DNA of 64,000 bases from NCBI GenBank assembly GCA_965224195.1, contig OZ245040.1, positions 1,248,001 through 1,312,000 on the forward strand, given 5' to 3'. Positions 52,512-64,000 of the stretch are shown piece by piece. The position numbers were made by a program, and so were the translations under genes. Numbering within the stretch: the first letter of the stretch is position 1; each line of letters begins with the position of its first letter. The notes under the pieces were generated by a model, which saw nothing but the letters and a program-made list of their open reading frames with translations, made no database searches and was not told where the DNA came from. Origin of the DNA: Nitrosopumilus sp. GTDB taxonomy: Archaea > Thermoproteota > Nitrososphaeria > Nitrososphaerales > Nitrosopumilaceae.

Positions 52512-53688
52512 GTTTATTCAAATAATTTTGTACTTCTTCGATGTCTTTATCTCCACGCCCTGAAAGTGTAACAACTATGGTTTCTGATTTCTTACTCTTT
52601 CTTGCAACTTTTACAGCTTCTGCAATTGCATGAGATGATTCCAAAGCTGGAATTATTCCCTCTGTTCTAGTTAGCAGTAGGAATGCATCAATTACTTCTG
52701 CATCAGTTGCTGCATGATATTTTATTCGTTTAGTGTCTTTATAGTATGAATGCTCAGGACCTACTCCTGGATAATCTAGTCCTGCTGAAATACTATGTGT
52801 TTCTGTAACTTGACCTTCTTTGTCTTGTAACAAATATGTCATCATTCCATGTAAAATTCCCTTGCTTCCAGCAGACAATGTTGCTGAATGCATTTTGGAT
52901 TTTAATCCGTGACCTGCAGCTTCTACTCCAATAATTTCTGAATTAGAATTAACTAGTGGATAGAATGTTCCAATTGCATTTGAACCTCCTCCAACACATG
53001 CAATTACTGTATCTGGTGTTTTGTTGTTTATTTTTTTCATCTGTGATTTTATCTCATTTCCAATTACACTTTGAAAATCCCTTACCATTACAGGATATGG
53101 ATGAGGCCCAACTGCTGATCCTAGTAAATAGTAAGTATTCTCTACATTTGTGATCCAGTCACGAATTGCCTCATTAATTGCATCTTTGAGAGTTTTAGAG
53201 CCTGATTTCACTGGATGAACTTCACATCCAAGCATGTTCATTCGAAATACGTTTTGTTTTTGTCTAATTGTATCTCTATACCCCATGTACACTTCTGCCT
53301 TCATTCCCAGTGCTGCACATGCCATTGCAGTTGCAACTCCGTGTTGACCAGCTCCTGTTTCTGCAATGATTCTTTTTTTGTTCATTTTTTTTGCAAGTAA
53401 AGCTTGACCCAATGTATTGTTGATTTTATGAGCTCCTCCATGTAGCAGATCTTCTCGTTTTAGATAGATTTTAGCACCGCCAATTTTTTCAGATAGATTT
53501 TTTGCATAGTATAGTGGTGTTGGTCTTCCTGCATAGATTTTAAGATAGTAATCTAATTCTTTTTTGAATTTTTTATCATTTTTAAATTTAAGATAATTTT
53601 CTTCTAGATCTTCAATTGCTGGAACTAGAGTTTCAGGAATGTACTTTCCACCAAATTCCCCAAATCGACCGTTTTTAGGATATTTCAA
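52498..53688 (-). CDS. trpB: tryptophan synthase beta
   Basis: [35 protein letters not shown]. Confidence 0.97.
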   Translation of the reverse strand: MKYPKNGRFGEFGGKYIPETLVPAIEDLEENYLKFKNDKKFKKELDYYLKIYAGRPTPLYYAKNLSEKIGGAKIYLKREDLLHGGAHKINNTLGQALLAKKMNKKRIIAETGAGQHGVATAMACAALGMKAEVYMGYRDTIRQKQNVFRMNMLGCEVHPVKSGSKTLKDAINEAIRDWITNVENTYYLLGSAVGPHPYPVMVRDFQSVIGNEIKSQMKKINNKTPDTVIACVGGGSNAIGTFYPLVNSNSEIIGVEAAGHGLKSKMHSATLSAGSKGILHGMMTYLLQDKEGQVTETHSISAGLDYPGVGPEHSYYKDTKRIKYHAATDAEVIDAFLLLTRTEGIIPALESSHAIAEAVKVARKSKKSETIVVTLSGRGDKDIEEVQNYLNKHDKN

Positions 53689-54461
53689 TACGCATTCACC
53701 AATTTTTTTACTTGTTCTTCAATGTTATCACTTTTCATTATGCTTGAACCTATCAAAAATGCATCTGCCCCACATTTTTTTAGATATTGAATGTCTTCAG
53801 ATGTATTAATTCCACTTTCAGAAAGTATTGGTCTTGATTTTTCTACTCCTGAAAGAATGTTCTCTGTAGTTTTAAGATCAATTTCTAAGGTATCTAGATT
53901 CCTGTTGTTAATTCCTATGAGGTCAGCTTTTGTGTTTAATGCATTTTCTAATTCTTGTTTTGTATGCACTTCAAGTAAAATTTGCAATCCTTGCTTGTGA
54001 CCATAATCAATAAACTCATCAATGTCTGAGAGGAATTTTTGGTCATACAGTGATTGAATTACCAGCATATAGTCTGCCCCAATCTTCTTTGCAGCATCAA
54101 TTTGGATTTTATCAATCATGATATCTTTCATTAACATCGGAACATCCACTGCTTCTCTTACCTTCATGAAATACTCTGGAGAGCCATGAAACAGGTGTGG
54201 TTGAGTTAAAACTGAGAGTGCTTTTGATCCTCCTGCTATCATTTGGTTTGCAATGCTTACTGGGTCTGTCAGTGTTCTGATTTTACTTAGAGATGGTGAT
54301 GCAAATTTTACCTCTGTAAGTAATGTTGCATGTGGATTTGTTTTAATTGTGTGAAGAAAGTCTTTGGATGATTTTTCCAAGTTTGCATCAACCTCATAGA
54401 CTCCATCATCAATTGCCATCTGGGAGTTGTTTACTAGTTTTCGTAGAATATTTTCAGCCAT
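53685..54461 (-). CDS. trpC: indole-3-glycerol phosphate synthase
   Basis: [25 protein letters not shown]. Confidence 0.95.
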   Translation of the reverse strand: MAENILRKLVNNSQMAIDDGVYEVDANLEKSSKDFLHTIKTNPHATLLTEVKFASPSLSKIRTLTDPVSIANQMIAGGSKALSVLTQPHLFHGSPEYFMKVREAVDVPMLMKDIMIDKIQIDAAKKIGADYMLVIQSLYDQKFLSDIDEFIDYGHKQGLQILLEVHTKQELENALNTKADLIGINNRNLDTLEIDLKTTENILSGVEKSRPILSESGINTSEDIQYLKKCGADAFLIGSSIMKSDNIEEQVKKLVNAY

Positions 54462-55500
54462 TAGCAATCTCCTTTAATTTTGAAATGTCCCCTGTATCTT
54501 GTACAAACTTTTCTAATAATGAAAATGCTTTACCGCTCTTTATTGTATCTAGTGCAAGTTCTACTGCTTCCTCAAAGTTTTTAGAAATATTGGCAACAAT
54601 TAATCCCCCTGCTGCATTTAATGCAGTAGTTTCTATCATTGCTTGATTTGCAGTATTGTTTAACACACCAACAAATGATTTTATCGCATCCTCTTTAGTA
54701 TTAATTTGAATATCTTGTAGTGTGGATTTATGCAATCCTATGACTTCTGGATTAATTGCATTCATTAACACTTTATCATTTTTTAATATACATACACGAT
54801 TAACTGCACTAGTTGAAAATTCATCCATTCCATCATCAGAACGAACTGTCATGATATTTTCAGCCCCCTTTCTTTTTAGTAATAATGGTAATCTATCTAA
54901 ATATTCAATTGAATATACTCCGACTAGTTGATTTTTTACTCCTGCAGGATTTGATAAAGGACCTAGAAGATTAAATGCGGTTCTTTTTCCAAGTTGTTTT
55001 CTTGCAGTAGAGATATGTTTCATTGCTGGATGAAATTTTTGTGCAAACATGAAACAGATATTGTGTTTTTGTAGAATTTCTGCAATTTTTACAGGCTCTG
55101 TATCCAAATCATATCCAAAATATTCAAAAATATCTGCACTACCTGAAACTCCTGAACTTGAGCGATTTCCATGTTTAGATACTTTCCCCCCAGCAGCAGC
55201 TACTACAAAAGATGCTGTTGTGGATATGTTGAATGTCTGGAGTTTATCACCTCCAGTTCCGCACATGTCTATGAGCGTTCCTTGATTTTTAGCCTCAACT
55301 TTTAGTGAAAATTCTTGCATTTTATCAAGCATTCCTAATAATTCATCATCCGTTTCTCCCTTGTCTGCAAGATATGAAAGAAAATCTGCATTTTCTGAAT
55401 CATTAGTTTTGCCAGATAGAATATCTGTCATAACCTTGTTCATTTCATCATATGTGAGATCTGTCTTTTCCTGTAGTCTTGAAATAATATCTATAATCAT
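54454..55500 (-). CDS. trpD: anthranilate phosphoribosyltransferase
   Basis: CGTGGD..TFNIST, KHGNRS.S...GSAD, GMDE. Confidence 0.96.
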   Translation of the reverse strand: MIIDIISRLQEKTDLTYDEMNKVMTDILSGKTNDSENADFLSYLADKGETDDELLGMLDKMQEFSLKVEAKNQGTLIDMCGTGGDKLQTFNISTTASFVVAAAGGKVSKHGNRSSSGVSGSADIFEYFGYDLDTEPVKIAEILQKHNICFMFAQKFHPAMKHISTARKQLGKRTAFNLLGPLSNPAGVKNQLVGVYSIEYLDRLPLLLKRKGAENIMTVRSDDGMDEFSTSAVNRVCILKNDKVLMNAINPEVIGLHKSTLQDIQINTKEDAIKSFVGVLNNTANQAMIETTALNAAGGLIVANISKNFEEAVELALDTIKSGKAFSLLEKFVQDTGDISKLKEIANG

Positions 55501-56093
55501 TTTATTTTTTCCTTTACTTGACTAATGAAATTACCTAGAATTTTTTCCCCGTCTTCAGTCATTATTGATTCTGGATGAAACTGTACTCCTTGAATTAGAA
55601 ATTCTTTATGTTCAATTGCCATGATTTCTCCATCATCTGCTGCTGTAGCTATAACTTTGAGCACCTCTGGAATTATTGTCTTGTCCCCAACCAAACTGTG
55701 ATATCTTGTTGCCCTGAAGGGATTTTTTACATTTGTAAATAGTTTTGATTCTAAATAATTCACAAGACTAGTCTTTCCATGTCTCACGCATCCGGCATTG
55801 GTAACTTTACCTCCAAATGCATCGATTATTCCTTGATGCCCTAGACATACTCCTAAAATTGGTGTAGTTGCTCCCATATCTTTAATCACTTCAGAGCATA
55901 CTCCAAAATATTTTTTGTCTTCAGGTGTTCCAGGTCCTGGCGAAATAATTATTGCATCATAATTTTTTTCTTTGATTTGTTGTATTGTGATCTTGTCATT
56001 TCTAATGACATCGCACCCTACTCCCAGTTCTCCAAGATATTGTGCAATATTGTACACAAATGAATCATAATTATCAATAATTAGAAATTTCAA
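55497..56093 (-). CDS. trpG: anthranilate synthase component II
   Basis: IDNYDSF, SPGPG, GVCLGHQ, QFHPES. Confidence 0.95.
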   Translation of the reverse strand: MKFLIIDNYDSFVYNIAQYLGELGVGCDVIRNDKITIQQIKEKNYDAIIISPGPGTPEDKKYFGVCSEVIKDMGATTPILGVCLGHQGIIDAFGGKVTNAGCVRHGKTSLVNYLESKLFTNVKNPFRATRYHSLVGDKTIIPEVLKVIATAADDGEIMAIEHKEFLIQGVQFHPESIMTEDGEKILGNFISQVKEKIK

Positions 56094-57439
56094 TTTGTTG
56101 CCTCCTTTAATGCTTGAAGCATAGCCCCTGCTTTGTGTTCGGTTTCCTTGAATTCATTTGTTGCAATAGAGTCTGATACTATTCCTGCCCCTGATTGGAC
56201 AAAGCCTTTGTCATTTTCTATGAAAATACTTCTAATTGCAATTGCAAAGTCACAACATCCATTGTATGAGAAATATCCTACAGCACCTGCATATGGTCCT
56301 CTGGCTTCTGTTTCTAATTCATCAATAATCTCCATTGCCCGAACCTTTGGTGCTCCAGATACTGTTCCTGCAGGAAATACTGCCTGAAACGCATCAAACA
56401 TGTCATTTTCAGGTGCCAAATTACCTATTACGTGACTAACTATGTGTTGAACATGACTGAATCGTTTTATCTCCATTAATGATTCTGGATGAACTGTTCC
56501 ATATTTGCAAACTCTACCGATATCATTTCTGCCCAAATCTACAAGCATTGTGTGTTCTGCTAGTTCTTTTTCATCATGAATTAATTCTTCAGATAATGCC
56601 TTATTTTTTACCTCATTATCTGTGATTTTTCTTGTACCTGCAATTGGGAATGTCTCTACTTTATCATCTGTAATTCTAACTAGCATTTCAGGTGATGCTC
56701 CAATGATTGTCTTGTTTCCTTGTTTTAGATGGTACATGTATGGTGAAGGATTTAATTTTCTCAGAGTTTTGTATAGTGTTAGGTTATCTCCATTTGTGTC
56801 AAAAGTAAATTTTCTAGATAATACTACTTGGAAAACATCTCCATCATGAATGTATTTTTTTGCCTTGTTTACTATTTCTGAATATTTTGATTCATCCATG
56901 TTTGGTGTTACTTTGCTTGCATGAAATTCTTCAAACGTATCATCTCCCATTATAAATTTGTCAAATCTGTTTTCATCATGATAAAAGTAGAATAATTTTT
57001 CATGAATTTTGTCATATAAAATCCCATCATCATAAATTCCAAATTCAATTAATGGTTGTGGAGAATTATGAGAATCATTGATATTCTCTACTAATCTGAT
57101 TGCATCATAGTTTACTACTCCTACTGCTCCTCCCAAATACCGATAACTTTGATCATCTGATTTTCCCAATAGTTTTTTTAGCTCTTCAAATGGATTTGTG
57201 GTTTGAATGGTTGTAGTTTTTCCATTTTCAATAATTTCTACTTTATCTGAATACCCTTTTAGGATTATTTTTGGATCAAATCCCATAACTGATGTTTCAG
57301 CTAGAACTTCAGGACCTGTCAGAGATTCAAAGAGAAATGAATGTGAATAGTTTCTTGAAATTTTATTATAAATTTGAAATTGATTTTCAGATAAATCTAG
57401 AGGTATTACTTTTGCTTGTGTCTTTCCAAAGGTGTCCAC
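56090..57439 (-). CDS. trpE: anthranilate synthase component I
   Basis: GDVFQVVLS, PIAGT, EH.MLVDLGRND, SGAPKVRAM. Confidence 0.95.
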   Translation of the reverse strand: MDTFGKTQAKVIPLDLSENQFQIYNKISRNYSHSFLFESLTGPEVLAETSVMGFDPKIILKGYSDKVEIIENGKTTTIQTTNPFEELKKLLGKSDDQSYRYLGGAVGVVNYDAIRLVENINDSHNSPQPLIEFGIYDDGILYDKIHEKLFYFYHDENRFDKFIMGDDTFEEFHASKVTPNMDESKYSEIVNKAKKYIHDGDVFQVVLSRKFTFDTNGDNLTLYKTLRKLNPSPYMYHLKQGNKTIIGASPEMLVRITDDKVETFPIAGTRKITDNEVKNKALSEELIHDEKELAEHTMLVDLGRNDIGRVCKYGTVHPESLMEIKRFSHVQHIVSHVIGNLAPENDMFDAFQAVFPAGTVSGAPKVRAMEIIDELETEARGPYAGAVGYFSYNGCCDFAIAIRSIFIENDKGFVQSGAGIVSDSIATNEFKETEHKAGAMLQALKEATN

Positions 57440-57590
57440 CCATAAACAAAATTTTGGTGGGTTATTATTTAAATTGATGAGATGATGTTGATCTATCTAG
57501 TATTGTTTGAAATTGTTGATTTCTTAGGCATGAAATAATTACGGTATAGTACGGTACCTTTATAGTCTAGTTGATCGTAGTATAATCACC

Positions 57591-57779
57591 ATGCAGGGGG
57601 TAAATCAAACAATCATGCAAAAAATGCATGTTCTCAAATCACAAACTATCTCATCTTCAGTAAGTAAGGTGGAGTGTTACATTTGTGGAAAGGGATTAGA
57701 GGATGGTCACAGTATTATTGCAAAAACATTGCCTAATGGAATAGTACTATTTTGTGATGTTCATTATCCATTACAGTAA
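57591..57779 (+). CDS. small Zn-binding protein
   Basis: CYICGK...LFCDVH. Confidence 0.55.
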   Translation: MQGVNQTIMQKMHVLKSQTISSSVSKVECYICGKGLEDGHSIIAKTLPNGIVLFCDVHYPLQ

Positions 57780-57961
57780 TTACGATCAAAAGTTCCATTC
57801 CGGAATGTGTTTTTTGTTTTAAATTCCATCATGATTATGTGTATTTTATGTATTGAATATTCATGGTACAATGCCCTCATTGTGAAATTCTGTTGATCAG
57901 TCAAGGCTTTCTAAATCGTCATATACGAACAATACATGCATCTAAAAAATCTATTTCAAAT

Positions 57962-60604
57962 TTACAATAACTTAAACGCAGAAAAAAACTCCTCTGCACC
58001 TTTTTTAGAGAGTCCTTTGTTTTTTGTTTGACAATAGTTTTTGGTAAATGTACATTTTGGACATCCTCCCCAATTCTTTTCTTCTTTCTGATTTTTGTCA
58101 GTTGGGCAATCACAGTCATTTACTAGTGAATTACTTGTGTTGAGTACTTTTTCAAATTCATCATAGATGATTTTACTGCATCCGTTAAAGCCATCTGAAG
58201 AATTGTCATAAATGTAGATTACTCCTTTTTCATAATACACATCAATGTCACTTGATTCAGCTTTTGTCAGAATCTTACTTGCATTACCTAAAACATGTGA
58301 TATGGTGTGAACTCTTGAATCATTAACTATTGGACTTTTTGAATCAGAAATATGTTTTGAGACAAATTCTGGAGGGAGCGTTATACTAACGGCTGAATGT
58401 TTTGACTTCCAATGAAAGTTTTTCCAAGATGATGTGTTACTGCGATTATACATTTCATATTGGTCCGTTGTTTCATTATAGTTTCCTTTCATGTAGCCTG
58501 TAATTGTTCTATCCAGTGAAATTATTCCATAACGTAGAGATAATTTTTTGCTATTAGCATTGATTTCTCTATGGATTGCTTTACCTTCAGATGTTTGAAT
58601 GATTGAAGTTCTGACTATGGGAATTGTTCTCTTTTGTTTTTCATATGATTTTATCAGATATGCCCTTGCTCCATTTTGAGATTTTATCAATGAATTTACT
58701 TCATAGTTTTGTTTGTTGAAATGATAGATTGCCTTTTGATGTAGTTGGTAATACCCTACAGGAACTCCTCGTGTTCCTATTTTTCTTGAATTATAATAAA
58801 TGGAAATATCTCCAGATGTTCCTCTCAAGTTTACACTATTTGCAAAATCAAAGAACTGAGATTTGTCTGACTCGTCTGCAGCTTGATCTTCAATCTTTAT
58901 TGATTCTTCGTGTTTTTCAGAAATTATTGGATTTTTCTTGTTAATTGGAATGATGTGATCTTGTGAGAGATACTCATCAATGTGACGTGCAAAATAATGA
59001 CATGCTGCATCGTCTGGATCAAAAACGCAGATAGCATAAGATTTCTGACCTTTTCTTCCTGCTCTACCTATTCTTTGAATAAATGAATCAAACTCGTTTT
59101 TGAATGCAGAAATAACTACATCTACATGTCCAATATCTATTCCCAATTCTAAAGTTGGAGTACATGATAGTACGTCTAGTTCGCCTGCCTTCATTTGAGA
59201 TTCGTATAGTTTTCTATCCTTTTGATCAAGGCCTCCTCTGTGAATCTGAATTCTAATCCCTGTGTTTGCCTCTTCAACGTTTGATGCCAAAAATTCTGCA
59301 TCATTGTGAGAATTGCTAAAGACTAGTTGAGTTGAATTATTCTTGTAACAAATTGATGAAAGCATCTCCATTGTTGTTCTTTGTTTAAATTTTCTAGGCA
59401 TTACAAAAAACATGTGCATGTTTTGCTTTCGTTTAAATTTGCTTTTGATGTATGTGAACGAATCTTCAGGTAGATCAAACATGTTTGAGAAAAATTCTTT
59501 TGAATTATCAAGAGTAGCTGAAGAGCCTACAAACTGGACTTTACCCATGAATCTTTTCATTCTTTTTAACACATGATACACATTAGAGCCGTGAAAACTA
59601 GTGTAGGAGTGAGCCTCATCCATTACTATAATTTTTGCATTCTTGAATAATTCATTCCATTTTTTATCCTGTAAAATCAAATGGTAATTGATGAAATCAA
59701 AATTTGTTGCAATGATTAGCGATTTTTGATTTGCATCTGAAATTATCATGTCCTTGTAATCCGTATTTTGTCCTCCATGAATTGAGTAGATTTCTATTTT
59801 ATCTGACAGTTTGCATTTTTGAATTAAATCTGAAATTTTTGATACTTGGTCGTCAATTAGTGCATTAAGTGGATACACTAGTAATGTAAAAACTCCTGGC
59901 TCTGGGTTCTCTGAAATTTTTTGTATTACTGGAATTGCAAATGCTTCAGTTTTTCCAGATCCTGTTGGTGCTGAAATAATTGAATTTTCTCCTTTTAGAA
60001 TTGCTCTTACTGATTCTTCCTGGAATGGTAACAATCCTGTAAATCCATACTTTACTAATCCCTTGATGATATTTTCTGATAGTACATCACTTAGAGTTTC
60101 AATTAGAATTTTTTCAGCTTCTGGTGCAATCAATCTTTCATAGTGGATTAATGCAAGAGATTCTCCATCATGTCCTTTAATTATTTCTCTAATTATTGGG
60201 TCATTATCAATTAATGATTTTGGGATTTTAGAAATATCATACATGATACTTTCTGGTAATGGAATTTTATTTTCTGGTATTTTTGATTTTAGTTTTGCAT
60301 ATTTTTTAATTTCATCTGGATAATATGACATTCCTGATTCAGATGGGCCATCACATCTGTGCGGTTCATCAGTTCTTGAATCAATTGGGATGAATTTCCC
60401 ACTATCTGATTTGAATATCTCATCCCAGTAAATTTCTGCACCACAACCTTTGGAACATTGCTTAGTTTTTCCTGAATAATTAACCCCGTAGGTTGGTGTT
60501 TTGACTAGAATTTTTTCAGGGTTGCATTTTGGGCAAACCCATGGACCGCCAACATCTTCGTAGCTTTGAACTAGCCTAGAATCACAGTTGTAACAAAATT
60601 GCAT
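57962..60604 (-). CDS. DEAH-box SF2 helicase with C-terminal DUF1998 (Hrq1/MrfA-like) and N-terminal Zn ribbons
   Basis: APTGSGKT, DEAH, SAT, LELGIDIG, QRIGRAGR, CDC...GCPKC. Confidence 0.9.
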   Translation of the reverse strand: MQFCYNCDSRLVQSYEDVGGPWVCPKCNPEKILVKTPTYGVNYSGKTKQCSKGCGAEIYWDEIFKSDSGKFIPIDSRTDEPHRCDGPSESGMSYYPDEIKKYAKLKSKIPENKIPLPESIMYDISKIPKSLIDNDPIIREIIKGHDGESLALIHYERLIAPEAEKILIETLSDVLSENIIKGLVKYGFTGLLPFQEESVRAILKGENSIISAPTGSGKTEAFAIPVIQKISENPEPGVFTLLVYPLNALIDDQVSKISDLIQKCKLSDKIEIYSIHGGQNTDYKDMIISDANQKSLIIATNFDFINYHLILQDKKWNELFKNAKIIVMDEAHSYTSFHGSNVYHVLKRMKRFMGKVQFVGSSATLDNSKEFFSNMFDLPEDSFTYIKSKFKRKQNMHMFFVMPRKFKQRTTMEMLSSICYKNNSTQLVFSNSHNDAEFLASNVEEANTGIRIQIHRGGLDQKDRKLYESQMKAGELDVLSCTPTLELGIDIGHVDVVISAFKNEFDSFIQRIGRAGRKGQKSYAICVFDPDDAACHYFARHIDEYLSQDHIIPINKKNPIISEKHEESIKIEDQAADESDKSQFFDFANSVNLRGTSGDISIYYNSRKIGTRGVPVGYYQLHQKAIYHFNKQNYEVNSLIKSQNGARAYLIKSYEKQKRTIPIVRTSIIQTSEGKAIHREINANSKKLSLRYGIISLDRTITGYMKGNYNETTDQYEMYNRSNTSSWKNFHWKSKHSAVSITLPPEFVSKHISDSKSPIVNDSRVHTISHVLGNASKILTKAESSDIDVYYEKGVIYIYDNSSDGFNGCSKIIYDEFEKVLNTSNSLVNDCDCPTDKNQKEEKNWGGCPKCTFTKNYCQTKNKGLSKKGAEEFFSAFKLL

Positions 60605-60758
60605 GAATGAATTTTTAGACTAAGGTACCATTAATGAACATATGAGAGTGAAAAATTTATCATTAATTTCAAATATCTAACTCTAAAATTGACAATATCT
60701 AATGTGTAGTCATAGCTGTCTGGATTTATTTTGAATCTTGAAGTAATTAGTTGAGAAT

Positions 60759-60902
60759 CTAGGTATTGTCTTCTCTATGTCTAAAATTATAATGACATCT
60801 CTTGTTACAAAACCAATCCAGCCCTCCTAGATATTCTACATGATCTGACTTGCCACAAAATGTACATTTTGTAAAATTCTTTATGCTTTTCTCTCTGGTC
60901 AT
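60759..60902 (-). CDS. small Cys-rich Zn-binding protein (47 aa), copy B
   Basis: MTREKSIKNFTKCTFCGKSDHVEYLGGLDWFCNKRCHYNFRHREDNT. Confidence 0.75.
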   Translation of the reverse strand: MTREKSIKNFTKCTFCGKSDHVEYLGGLDWFCNKRCHYNFRHREDNT

Positions 60903-61019
60903 GTTGATATCTCTTTTCTTGATTTATGATACAATACACCGTTTATAGTATAGATGAAGTATAATAACACAGAATGATTTTTTGCTATTCAACTCAATAC
61001 GGAGTGTTTAAAAAATAAA

Positions 61020-61265
61020 ATGATTAGTTTTGAAAATGTGAATGTAAAGGATTATGTAAAAATCAAAAGAGGATTGAAAAAATCATTCAAAACTATTCCT
61101 TGTTTAAGTGATAATAGATCTGTGATTGAAACTTTTGATGTTCTTTCAACAAAATCTAAACTTTCAATCACATATTTTAAATCAAAAAAACTTGAAATTT
61201 CATCTGATTTTTCCAATGTTTCAAAAAAAGTTATTGAATTAACACAAAACATTCTAAATCCTTAG
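61020..61265 (+). CDS. hypothetical protein
   Basis: 81-aa ORF. Confidence 0.5.
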   Translation: MISFENVNVKDYVKIKRGLKKSFKTIPCLSDNRSVIETFDVLSTKSKLSITYFKSKKLEISSDFSNVSKKVIELTQNILNP

Positions 61266-61463
61266 AAAATACTATTCTCAGTTTAATCTTAAGTAATTTA
61301 TTGAAAACCTAAACCTATAAGACCAAGTTTTGCGTGTAATAATTATGGGATGGAAAAAAACCTTGAGCAAATTTTGTATCATGAAAAAGGTTAGAGATAA
61401 GGCAAACAAGCCTGACGAAGAGTAATTTTAAAAATTATTAATCAATTTATTGTAATTCTGATT

Positions 61464-61871
61464 ATGCCCTTAGATAAGATGCCTGAGCCTGATGAATTTG
61501 TTCTAACGCATAATTCCAAGGTGTTACATACGAGTGGAAATCCTGTTGCATGTATAATTGACAATCAAAATGATTCTAGGTATGCCTTCCTGCCTAATTA
61601 TCCTTCATTGAAGGCAAGCTTAATTGGGTTTTTGAATAAACATGATGATTTGGGACTGCTTATGGGATTCAAGTTAAAGATACAAACTGACACTGAATTC
61701 TTTGAGTATAACGTATATCCTAATGAGGAGTTCATTGATACAGTAATTTTTGATGAAACCATCCATATCATTAATAATTTAATGGAACATCTTTTTTCAC
61801 TAAAAAAAATTAACACAGATCAATTTGTGAAAACAAGATCCGAGTTTGAAAAATTTAAAAAAATGATGTAG
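61464..61871 (+). CDS. hypothetical protein
   Basis: 135-aa ORF. Confidence 0.65.
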   Translation: MPLDKMPEPDEFVLTHNSKVLHTSGNPVACIIDNQNDSRYAFLPNYPSLKASLIGFLNKHDDLGLLMGFKLKIQTDTEFFEYNVYPNEEFIDTVIFDETIHIINNLMEHLFSLKKINTDQFVKTRSEFEKFKKMM

Positions 61872-61912
61872 AATTCAAATCATTCAATAACTACTAGTGT
61901 CAAAAATTTTCA

Positions 61913-62578
61913 GTGGTAAGTTATACACAAATGCTAAAGGCTAGAGAGCCAGTACTTTTGGATAGGGATGATGGACATTGGTACCAGACAAAATTTGATA
62001 AAATTTATCCTTCCATAAGTACAATTCTTTCTGCAACTGCTCCTGAACACAAGAAAAATGGATTACAATCTTGGAAAGACAATGAACCCGCTCATGAATA
62101 CATTACAAAGCAAGCCCAAGACATTGGTACAGAATCTCATAAAATTATAGAGGATTATCTTGGAAATAATCTTGCAATGGAAGAATTTGATTTACTACCT
62201 ATTGCACATTTTAACAATTTGAAACCTTTTCTTGAAAATATTTCAGATGTCACCTCTATTGAGCAGAGAATGTATTCTGACAAATTACAGGTTGCAGGTA
62301 CTAGTGACTTAATTGCCGAATATAATGGAGAATTGTCCATAATTGATTACAAGACAAAGCGCAAGCCTCAGATTGATGAATACATGTATGAATATTATCT
62401 ACAAACTACATGCTATGCACATATGTTTGAGGAGGTAACAGGTCAAAAAATCAATCAGGTGGTGATATTAGTCAGTAGTGAAAAAAACACTAGGCAGGAA
62501 TTTATCAAAGCATGCGATGATTACGTAAAACCTATGATGGAGCGCGTAGACAAATACTATTTGAATAATTTACAATAA
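61913..62578 (+). CDS. PD-(D/E)XK exonuclease (MGME1/phage-type)
   Basis: YPSISTIL, GTESH, E, AGTSD, IDYKT, LQTTCY. Confidence 0.85.
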   Translation: MVSYTQMLKAREPVLLDRDDGHWYQTKFDKIYPSISTILSATAPEHKKNGLQSWKDNEPAHEYITKQAQDIGTESHKIIEDYLGNNLAMEEFDLLPIAHFNNLKPFLENISDVTSIEQRMYSDKLQVAGTSDLIAEYNGELSIIDYKTKRKPQIDEYMYEYYLQTTCYAHMFEEVTGQKINQVVILVSSEKNTRQEFIKACDDYVKPMMERVDKYYLNNLQ

Positions 62579-62647
62579 ATCAGGAAAGTTTATCCAATTT
62601 TTTATCTAATTCTTGTACTTGTTTTGTCAAATCACTTACTAAATTAT

Positions 62648-63240
62648 CTAATCCATCTGGTTTTTTTCTGGCTCTTGACTTTTTCCATTTGACCAATCAA
62701 ACATTGCAGATAGTATTTCAATTGCTTGCGATGAACAGTCTGCCAAATCTTTGAGATTTAGTTCTTTTTTTCTTTTATCTTTATGATTGATTACCAAGTT
62801 ACCTGTCTTATCAATTACAAATACTTGTTGTGTTGTTGCTTCTCTAAAATCTAGTAAAAATAACCCTCTGATTGAATTTTGTAATTTTTCATTATAGTTC
62901 ATTTCTTTACAAATCCTTTGTATCATTTGCTCTAATGTTGTATATTTGCCAAAACCTTCTTCTAATTTTATTGGATTGATTATAATTTTTAAAATTTCTT
63001 TATTGCATCTAGATGAGAATTGATGAATGATAATTCTGAATAAACAATAAAATTTGTCAATTCTGCATTTTTAGTTTCAAATGTATCTAATTTTCTGATT
63101 AATTCACTGATTGGATGTGAAAATGATTTTCTAAATTTTATGAAATTTTTAAAAAATTCTTCATCGAGATATTCTTTGTTAAATTGTACTAGTCCTTGTG
63201 ATTCTATGTCTTTTAAAATAGCAAAAGTGGCTTTATAATA
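62648..63240 (-). pseudogene. hypothetical gene cut by IS copy 3 and frameshifted
   Basis: open frame from the IS junction to ~62990, then a 1-nt shift into ORF 62648-62926. Confidence 0.55.
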
Positions 63241-64000
63241 TATGAGTTGCGTAATTACAAGCAGAAATCTAACTTTTCTGTCATTTAATTTTTAATTTTA
63301 TGGAATTGCAATGAATTCTTCTTTCCATTTAATCTTGAAACTGACAGTCCCGCAAACAATTTCACTTATCACATCATATCTGCATAATTTGTTTCTAAAC
63401 ACATCGCGATTTATCCGAAATTGCCTGACTTGTGCAATGACACGTTCAACTTTTATTCTAATTTTTGACCGCATCCTGTTCCACTCCTTTTGAGCAACAG
63501 TCAATTTTTTTCCTTTCTTTTTCTTGCATGGCAAAACACTTGCCTGTTCTGGAAAGTCCTTTTCCATCCCCAAATATCCAGGATCATAAGACTGCAGCAA
63601 CCCTTCAGACAATGTTGGATGCCTTGATTTGTAAATTCCGTAATCATGATGGCTGCCAGGCGAATGTGCAGATTTGTGGATTGTTATCCCATCAGGATTT
63701 ATGGCGATTTGATTTTGTACTGCATGCTTTTTCTTTTTGCCTGAATGGCGTGCCTTTCTTTTCTTTTTGTTTTTTGGTCTTGGGATGGGCTGTTCTGTGC
63801 CATCAGTGATTGCAACTAATTCCGGAAAGAATTCCTGCAATTCCTGCATGCCGTTAATCTTTTTTGAATCTGCATATTTTTTGGCAGCAATTATATGGAC
63901 TGCTTCACTGCAGGCTCCAAACATCCGATGTTTCTCATTACGTTTGGTTTGTCCAAATCAAATGTCATCCCTGGCATGTCATATGTTGTGTACATTCTGT
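63241..64000 (-). mobile_element. IS5-family insertion sequence, copy 3 (runs off the window; frameshifted)
   Basis: right TIR ATGAGTTGCGTAAT with TA flank; near-identical to copies 1 and 2; 1-nt deletion near 63895. Confidence 0.9.

Noticed and set aside
57962-60604. DISARM/Druantia-type defence system
   Set aside because: Stand-alone helicase; no partner methylase, PLD or other system genes adjacent.
61913-62578. Cas4
   Set aside because: Lacks the four Fe-S cysteines and any cas context.

Overview
AT-rich archaeal DNA that reads as Nitrosopumilaceae (Thaumarchaeota): rps25e, rps26e, archaeal thrS, Rpo6, a PEFG-CTERM blue-copper protein and several roadblock-like paralogs. Family assignments come from motifs recognised by eye, not from database searches. 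Two core stretches (1-12.6 kb and 31.4-62.6 kb) carry purK/purE, ilvA, an adenylate cyclase, thrS-speB, pyrG, trpEGDCBA and a DUF1998 helicase. Between them lies a heavily decayed ~18 kb accessory island (~12.7-30.8 kb) with nested IS5-family elements, IS6-like and IS630 fragments, an intact HicBA pair, and restriction-enzyme and methylase pseudogenes. The island also holds about six cassettes in which a secreted variable protein (or an orphan C-terminal fragment) sits beside a small membrane protein. Some share an export leader or an EPNP..Y..P..WW..Y...WH tail, and one is a multidomain serine protease. This cassette array is the best candidate for an undescribed polymorphic effector/partner system. 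No tRNA, rRNA or genuine CRISPR locus was seen. IS expansion and pseudogenisation suggest a host-associated lineage (inference).
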